A stretch of DNA of 64,000 nucleotides from Armatimonadota bacterium (lineage in GTDB: Bacteria; Armatimonadota; UBA5829; DSUL01), in contig JBDHZC010000003.1 in NCBI GenBank assembly GCA_039811685.1, positions 160,001-224,000 of the forward strand, written 5' to 3'. Below the pieces are notes generated by a model. That model worked only from the letters and a program-made list of their open reading frames with translations, had not been told where the DNA came from and searched no databases. The translations under genes were made by a program, and so were the position numbers. Shown piece after piece: positions 57,635 to 64,000 of the stretch (position 1 is its first letter; each line of letters opens with the position of its first letter).

Positions 57635-59096
57635 CGCTTCATCTGCCAGCGTCTTGAGCTGGCGGAGTGTTGCACTGGGTTGCGCCGCTCTGGCGGCCTG
57701 TACAGCCGGAGCGCTTTTCGGACTCGATCGCCATTTTGTTCTCAGCCAGAAGATCGCACAGGGTGTCAGCGTGGCAGGCATCTCCATTGGGGGTCTGAGC
57801 TACGAGCAGGTTGCCAACCTGCTTACAAAGAAAGCTCCTGCTCCCTCCTTTGTGCGCCTTGTCGTGAATCAGAACGCGGCCCCTATGAATCTGCCCGCCT
57901 CCTCTGTGGGCCTCAAGTACAATACACCAGAAGCGCTTTACATGGCGCAGGATATTGGGCGTAAAGGCTCGATTGTCCGTCGCTTCACGGATCGTCGCCG
58001 CGCGCGTGAGACGGGTGTCGCTCTTCCACTGCACGCAACCTACAACAAAGGCGCGCTGAAGTGGAGCCTGGACAACGCCGTTCGCAACCGTTTTGAAGTC
58101 AAACCTGTTAATGCGAGAATAGCGGTACAGTCCGGCGAACTGGTGAAGATATCCGGGCGCGATGGCATTGAGATTGACGTTCCCCGCACTCTGAAAAACG
58201 CTGTCTCTTTTGCCGTGACAAAGCCAACAGAGTACGTGGAATTGCCGGTCGCCCTGAAGACTGCCAGACCGCACATTACGCTGGAAGACTTGCAGCCAAT
58301 AGACAGCGTACTCGCCACCTACACTACCAGCTACAATCCGGGAAAACGTTCACGCACCAACAACCTGAGGTTGGCTGCAAAATCCATAAACGGCAGCTTG
58401 CTCAAACCCGGTGATACCTTCTCCTACAACGACACCGTGGGACCTCGTGTGCGAGAAACTGGCTACCAGGATGCTATTATCTTCGTCAAAGGTAAAATGG
58501 AGCAGGGGACCGGAGGCGGTATCTGCCAGGTATCCAGCACGTTGTACAACAGTGCGCTGCTCTCCGGGCTCAAGATCACTCAGCGCAGCAATCACTCCAT
58601 GCCAGTCGTTTATGTTCCCCCGGGGATGGATGCCACTGTAGCTTACGGGTCTCGTGACTTCAAGTTTCGCAATTCGCTGGGGCACACAATATATCTTCAG
58701 ATGGCAGCCAGCGGGTCGCGTCTCACGTCAACTATCTACGGGGCAGCATCAGACAAAAAGACTGTGAAGATTGTTAGAAAGGTCGGTCGCAGTGTGCGGC
58801 ACGGCACAATGACAGTGGTCAATCCATCTCTTCGGCCTGGCCGGCGAATTGTCAGCGAGCGCGGCCTGAACGGTGTGTCCGTGACGTGTCAGCGTGTAAT
58901 TGAAGAAAACGGCGAGCAGAAAGTAGACATGGTCTGGAGCAGCCGCTACCGGCCACACCCTACTCTTGTGGAAGTGGGGCCGCAACCCCGCCCGAAGCCA
59001 AAGTCTGATCCCAGGACTGCTGCGCCTGCAGGCGCCGCCTCTGCAGCGTCTGCTCAGCTTGGACGAGGGTTCTTCAGACAGGCTGTGACCAACTAG
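57570..59096 (+). CDS. VanW family protein with PG_binding_4-like and G5 domains
   Basis: N-terminal TM; RTNNLRLAA, FSYNDTVGPR, GGGICQVSSTLYN, HS...YVPPGMDATV; start uncertain. Confidence 0.88.
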   Translation: MRTLVWSWRIERVKRSGEERVSASSASVLSWRSVALGCAALAACTAGALFGLDRHFVLSQKIAQGVSVAGISIGGLSYEQVANLLTKKAPAPSFVRLVVNQNAAPMNLPASSVGLKYNTPEALYMAQDIGRKGSIVRRFTDRRRARETGVALPLHATYNKGALKWSLDNAVRNRFEVKPVNARIAVQSGELVKISGRDGIEIDVPRTLKNAVSFAVTKPTEYVELPVALKTARPHITLEDLQPIDSVLATYTTSYNPGKRSRTNNLRLAAKSINGSLLKPGDTFSYNDTVGPRVRETGYQDAIIFVKGKMEQGTGGGICQVSSTLYNSALLSGLKITQRSNHSMPVVYVPPGMDATVAYGSRDFKFRNSLGHTIYLQMAASGSRLTSTIYGAASDKKTVKIVRKVGRSVRHGTMTVVNPSLRPGRRIVSERGLNGVSVTCQRVIEENGEQKVDMVWSSRYRPHPTLVEVGPQPRPKPKSDPRTAAPAGAASAASAQLGRGFFRQAVTN

Positions 59097-59123
59097 CTTG
59101 GGTCGCGGCAAGGATCGCCTGCT

Positions 59124-60056
59124 TTGAGTCAACCGAGCGACGTCTCCGGCGCCGAGAGATTTTTTCACGCCGCCGCTTCGGGCGCAACAGCTCAACTAGC
59201 TGAACTCCTGCAACAACATCCCGAGTTGGTAAATGAGCGGGATGAACGCGGCCACACGGCCCTTCACCTTGTTGCACTCGGTGGGTGGAGCGCCGACGCT
59301 AACAGCGACTATGTCGAGGCGGCGAAGACACTGCTTGACGCTGGCGCAGATGTAGGTGCGCCTGCCAGTCACGAAAGCCTGGGAGACTCCAGCCCGCTGA
59401 TACTGGCTGCTTGTGGGGGAGGTCAGGATGCCGGATTGGCCCGTCTCTTGCTGGAGCGCGGCGCAGACCCAAACGCCACAAGCAGTGAAGGCGTGACGGC
59501 TTTGCAGGCTGCTGCAGAGCGCGGGGCACGGGCGATCTGCGACCTGTTGCTTACAAAAGGAGCCGAGCTAGATATTCACTCGGCGGCTGCGCTCGGGATG
59601 CGTCAACAGGTGCGTGAGATGTTGCGCAATGACGATGCACTTGCGCGAGAGAAAGACCGTTATCGCCGCGCGACTCCGCTCTACTACGCAGCGCTGCACA
59701 ATCAGAAAGAGATTGCGCAGCTTCTTCTGAACTTTGAAGCGGACATCAATGCCACAACGAACATGGGGAATACCGCTGTTCATGTGGCGTCTGCGGCTCC
59801 TGCGCGCCGGACCCTTGAGCTTCTGTTGGACAACGGTGGGGACGTGAACGCGCGCAACTACAAACTCCAGACTCCCCTGCACTATGCCGTTGAGGAGTGG
59901 TGGGCGGAGGGCTCAGAAACGGTCCGGCTGCTCATCGAGCGCGGCGCCAATGTCAGCGCAAAGGACGAAACCCGCCAGACTCCGCTTGCCAAAGCCCTTG
60001 CCCGGAACAAACTGCACATTGCTGAGATTCTTCGGGCTTCCGGCGCCAGAGATTGA
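59124..60056 (+). CDS. Ankyrin repeat protein
   Basis: Repeated TALH/TPLY/TAVH/TPLH...LL..GADxN. Confidence 0.92.
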   Translation: MSQPSDVSGAERFFHAAASGATAQLAELLQQHPELVNERDERGHTALHLVALGGWSADANSDYVEAAKTLLDAGADVGAPASHESLGDSSPLILAACGGGQDAGLARLLLERGADPNATSSEGVTALQAAAERGARAICDLLLTKGAELDIHSAAALGMRQQVREMLRNDDALAREKDRYRRATPLYYAALHNQKEIAQLLLNFEADINATTNMGNTAVHVASAAPARRTLELLLDNGGDVNARNYKLQTPLHYAVEEWWAEGSETVRLLIERGANVSAKDETRQTPLAKALARNKLHIAEILRASGARD

Positions 60057-60189
60057 CCCCCTGACCGCGCTTTGCGCCTGAACTGGGCTCTGTTTGGAGG
60101 TTTCGGATAAAAGGGTATGTAAGGTTCAGCGGCCGGCGTTCAGGCGTCAGCCGCGGACAATTTTACTGCGTGAGACGGAGGATTGGACG

Positions 60190-60708
60190 ATGGCTGGTCG
60201 GACTGTAACCATGCATGGCACGCCACTGCCGGTGTTAGGAGATGAACTCAAGAAGGGCGATAAAGCGCCGGACTTCAAGCTGCATAAGCTCACTGATGGT
60301 GGCGTGGGGGATGTCACGCTCTCTGACTTCAAGGGCAAAACGCTGATTCTCAGTGTGGTCCCATCGCTCGATACGCCTGTCTGTGAGATTCAGACGATGC
60401 GTTTCAATGAAGAGGCCGCGAAGCAGCCAGAGAACATAAGCGTGCTTACCGTCAGTATGGATCTTCCTTTTGCGCAGGGACGTTTCCGTGAGGAGCACAA
60501 AGCGCAGAAAGTCCAGTTTGGCTCCGATCATCGGGATGCGTCATTTGCCCGGGCTTACGGCACCCTGATCGAACCGTTACGCCTGGAGGCGAGGTCGATC
60601 TTCGTCGTCAATCCGGAAGGCGCGCTGGACTATGTGCAGTACGTCCCGGAGATCACAGATCAGCCAGACTACGATGCTGCCCTGAAAGCCGCCCGCAAAG
60701 AGGCCTGA
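60190..60708 (+). CDS. tpx: Thiol peroxidase (Tpx subfamily peroxiredoxin)
   Basis: VVPSLDTPVC, RFN, SMDLPFAQ.RF, SDHR, LEARSIFV, PDYDAAL. Confidence 0.92.
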   Translation: MAGRTVTMHGTPLPVLGDELKKGDKAPDFKLHKLTDGGVGDVTLSDFKGKTLILSVVPSLDTPVCEIQTMRFNEEAAKQPENISVLTVSMDLPFAQGRFREEHKAQKVQFGSDHRDASFARAYGTLIEPLRLEARSIFVVNPEGALDYVQYVPEITDQPDYDAALKAARKEA

Positions 60709-60865
60709 GCGCTTCACACTCGAACGAAGGTAGATACTGAGCGCTGGCTGCGCGAATACGCCGGGTTGCTATCGTAGTACGCGACCTGGCCGCGCAGCCA
60801 GCCGCTTCCGGCTGTAGCGCGAACTTACCAGACACTCCCCGCACCGACGCAGCGAGAGCTCTGCA

Positions 60866-63800
60866 TCATACAGAGCCAGCACAAACATCAAGCCTCGCGA
60901 CCGCTTCGCCACTCTTGTTATCCACAAACGCCAGCGCGATGCGTCCAGCAGGGACTTCTCTTTTCTCAGACATAAGCCGGGACTGTCGCTTCGAGCTCGC
61001 TTCATTGACCTCAATGAGTAAAGTGTAGTCCTTGAATACTTCCCTGCGTCGAAGCACCTCAGTCTCCATATCCGATATATCTTCGCAGTGTGAGATACCT
61101 GCTTCGCGAGCGGCCCTGAGGTATATCGGGATCACACACTCATCCGCGTTGCTTGAGACTTCGAGCGGAACGGCGCAGTAGATGACTTTCCCCTTTCCGT
61201 GGGAAACGACGAAGATCGAGCTATCGTTCGACCCGCAGACGACGGCGCGGTCCACTCTCTGCAGAGCTTCTCCAGAAAATACTGCGCGGGTGTGGGTGGG
61301 CTCTACTGGCGCTCCGGCGTCATATCGCAAATCCTCGCATCGGTGCACTGGGACGGAATGTGTTTTGATCCCAAGTCTGTCCAGGCGTTCTACTCTGCGC
61401 CAGTAGTCATCGCAATCAATGAACCCTGTAGCAAGAAGTGTAGAGCCTTGTTCAACTTTTCCCAAGAGAGCTTTCCAGCAGTCGGGGCGCAAGTTTCTGG
61501 CAACCGGCAACACTATGAGCCTGGGTTGACCCAGGTCTGCCATTCGATATTCGCTGACACAGCGCGTTGAAATGCCTGCGCCATATTCCAGAGCGCGCAC
61601 GGCTGTACGCGTCGCACGATCTGCAAGACAGCGCGCGCTGAAGAGGTTGGAGTGGGGGATAACGATCACAGCTTCTTCGCGCTGACGGCCCGTCATCTTC
61701 TCCGCATTGCTTCTGAAGAACTCTGCAATAGCGCGAAAAGCGTCCAGCTCCGGTTTTTCTGTGCCATCTGCCCGGAGGAAGCCTATTCCCACCTCATTAT
61801 CAGAGTCCATGTAGACGTTTGTATTCCACAACCACTGAATAAACCCGGCGCATCCACCCGCGAACGACAGAGCCATCTTGCGCTCCAAAAGACTTCGCGC
61901 TTCTGAAGGAGTGCGCCAGGCTGCTCCGTCCGGGGATTCTACAAACATGATGCCCGTCTCTTCGATCAGATTGGGCTTGTCTGGGAGTTTGGTGAATACG
62001 GAGTCCCACAGCAGGTCGTCATTCTGCCACCAGGAATGGTTAGACGTGAAATCCACGGCCGGGCCATAGAAATGAGGTGCGGGACGCTCGCCCGTGCCGC
62101 CCTCGTCCTGCCCAACAGTGACAAGCTGCGCAGGGTTACCGGTAGCGCGAACCACCGAAGCCATGTCCTCCGCCCACCGCCTGAACATCTCCTGCGCAAA
62201 CAGCCTGTAGGTCATAGCCCTCAAAGGATGGGCGCCCTGGTTGATCTGTTTGTCCTGAAAATCCTCCGGAGGTGGCAAGGCGATGCCGTCGTTGGGAGTC
62301 AGACGCCACCGTTCTCGCCACTCGTCTTCACTTGCCTGCTCCAGCAGCCATCGCCGCCACGCTTCCTGCTCAAAGCGATCATAGTTCGGCCGCGTGTACC
62401 ACTCATTCGCTTTGGACGAGAACGAGGGCTCGTTGATGAAATCCCATAGAAAGATGTCACACTCTTTGAAACGCTCGACGAACGCGCTCACGAACGCTTT
62501 TTGGGCGGCGACAGACTGCGGGTCCAGATAAGGGTTTTCACCCCCCCAGGCTGGTGGCAGAAACGCAAAGAACGTGAAAATCACCGGGATGTCATACTTG
62601 CACGCGCTCAGTAGAAATGCGGCAAATGCCCGCAGAACACCCTCATCCACTGCACCCGGATCAAGCATAATACGGGACCACGCTGTCCAGATGCCCGTTC
62701 GTACCACGTTCACGCCTGCGTCTTTCATACGCGCGAAGTCATGGTCCCACTGAGCGGGGTTCGGCTCGAATAGAAACTTCCTGTGCGTGTCGCCGGACAT
62801 GTAGGTAGTTCCTGTCACTGGAAACGGCTTTCCACGCCGCCAGAAGTAGTCGCGGTCTGCAGTTAGTGGAGCATTACTTCTGAGCAGATGCGCTTCGTAG
62901 CGCCAGAAGCCGGTTTCGCACTGCGCAAGCAACTCACCCGTATCTTTGTCCAACAGTTCGGCGCGGTAACAGTGCAGACCAGGCGAGGCCGCTTCGTCAG
63001 GACAGCTCAGGCGTACAAATGAATGGGCGCCTCCAATCTGCATGCTTTGTTGCGCCACCGGATCTTCCACGCTGTCCGGCTCGACGTCGCCTGGCCTGTG
63101 GGGTTGAGACTCCAGCCCCCGTGAAATGCGTTGGAGCCTCACGGAGGCGGAACGCGAGATGCGACCCGCGCGAGCGCTGACAGCAAAAGCTGGAGACTCT
63201 CCGCTGTGGTAGCAGGCAAAAGATGGCCGCACGCTGAACTCGACCGAACCCTGCGCAGCCTCTTTGATAAGTTCGGACAGCGTCTGTGCGGGGAGAGGGT
63301 TGGCCAGGTCCGCGTTTACCAGAAGCCAGCGTCCGCCGCCGAAGTCTCCATAGAAACGGTCAACACAGACGATGGGCGCGGCAATGCGGCGGCCGTCGCG
63401 ACAGCCTTCGAGCAGTGGGCGCAGTTGTGCGAGCCTTACAGATGTAGAGCCGCATTCATCCGGGAATTCCTTGTCCTCGCAGAATCGCACCTGGAGAGAC
63501 CAGCACCTGCGAATCTCGGCTGCCGGCAGATCTGGCTTTCGGAGCGCCTCTTCCGTCCATCTCCACTCAAGTCCTTGCGTCTCCGTCTCAAAGGCGTGAT
63601 TAATGCGCAGTTCTTTGGCATAAGCTCTCTGCGGGCACTCAACCTCCCAGCGTCCGTTCTCTCGCCGCACCGGCCGGGAGAGCGGGTCGCCACCCAGATT
63701 GAGCCAGCTCCCGCCGCGCTTCAAGTAATCTGAAAACTGCGGCCAGCACGCTTTGGAGAAAGCAGACCCGTACGGATTGATAACAACGTCTGGCTGCTGC

Positions 63801-63940
63801 GCGAGTGCAGCGGGCAACTCGTCGTCTGAGCAGAAGAGCACATCCTTACCACAGGCTTGCTCTATCAACTCACGGGGATGTTCACAGCAGTCCAGAGTGG
63901 GGAAGCCATCCTCCCATAGCACAACAACTCTCAAAATCAC
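60866..63940 (-). CDS. Clan GH-A glycoside hydrolase (GH42/GH5 beta-galactosidase-like) with trimerisation-type C-domain
   Basis: DFARMKDAGVNVVRTG, WDFINEP (acid/base), IEETG (nucleophile), QWLWN. Confidence 0.75.
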   Translation of the reverse strand: MILRVVVLWEDGFPTLDCCEHPRELIEQACGKDVLFCSDDELPAALAQQPDVVINPYGSAFSKACWPQFSDYLKRGGSWLNLGGDPLSRPVRRENGRWEVECPQRAYAKELRINHAFETETQGLEWRWTEEALRKPDLPAAEIRRCWSLQVRFCEDKEFPDECGSTSVRLAQLRPLLEGCRDGRRIAAPIVCVDRFYGDFGGGRWLLVNADLANPLPAQTLSELIKEAAQGSVEFSVRPSFACYHSGESPAFAVSARAGRISRSASVRLQRISRGLESQPHRPGDVEPDSVEDPVAQQSMQIGGAHSFVRLSCPDEAASPGLHCYRAELLDKDTGELLAQCETGFWRYEAHLLRSNAPLTADRDYFWRRGKPFPVTGTTYMSGDTHRKFLFEPNPAQWDHDFARMKDAGVNVVRTGIWTAWSRIMLDPGAVDEGVLRAFAAFLLSACKYDIPVIFTFFAFLPPAWGGENPYLDPQSVAAQKAFVSAFVERFKECDIFLWDFINEPSFSSKANEWYTRPNYDRFEQEAWRRWLLEQASEDEWRERWRLTPNDGIALPPPEDFQDKQINQGAHPLRAMTYRLFAQEMFRRWAEDMASVVRATGNPAQLVTVGQDEGGTGERPAPHFYGPAVDFTSNHSWWQNDDLLWDSVFTKLPDKPNLIEETGIMFVESPDGAAWRTPSEARSLLERKMALSFAGGCAGFIQWLWNTNVYMDSDNEVGIGFLRADGTEKPELDAFRAIAEFFRSNAEKMTGRQREEAVIVIPHSNLFSARCLADRATRTAVRALEYGAGISTRCVSEYRMADLGQPRLIVLPVARNLRPDCWKALLGKVEQGSTLLATGFIDCDDYWRRVERLDRLGIKTHSVPVHRCEDLRYDAGAPVEPTHTRAVFSGEALQRVDRAVVCGSNDSSIFVVSHGKGKVIYCAVPLEVSSNADECVIPIYLRAAREAGISHCEDISDMETEVLRRREVFKDYTLLIEVNEASSKRQSRLMSEKREVPAGRIALAFVDNKSGEAVARLDVCAGSV

Positions 63941-64000
63941 ACTCCTCTACGCCCTTCTGTCTTTCGCGCCTGCGTCAAAGCCAGTAGAAACTGTATCCTC

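Overview
GC-rich bacterial chromosomal window, most consistent with Armatimonadota. This is inferred from paired prepilin/H-X9-DG genes, a recurring 'EPDRSSG...GLNNIGL' module in secreted proteins, and scpAB-dac-rluB alongside an outer-membrane-type protein. Housekeeping content: family-5 UDG, tRNA-Gln(CTG), scpA-scpB-D,D-carboxypeptidase-rluB-btuFCD, metY, cysS, vanW-like, tpx. There are also many large secreted or carbohydrate-active proteins. The standout is a ~4.5 kb accessory island (22.9-27.4 kb). It contains one intact REP-associated HUH/Y1 tyrosine transposase (RAYT), three families of palindromic repeats arranged as inverted pairs, and 5' remnants of a second RAYT gene. Between the repeats lie short modules made of an orphan toxin-tip-like tail, an immunity-like membrane/lipoprotein gene and RHS/YD-repeat scraps. 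This could be a RAYT/REP-driven cassette array of orphan immunity genes, or a decayed RHS locus colonised by REPs. All family calls are by motif recognition only; no database search was run.
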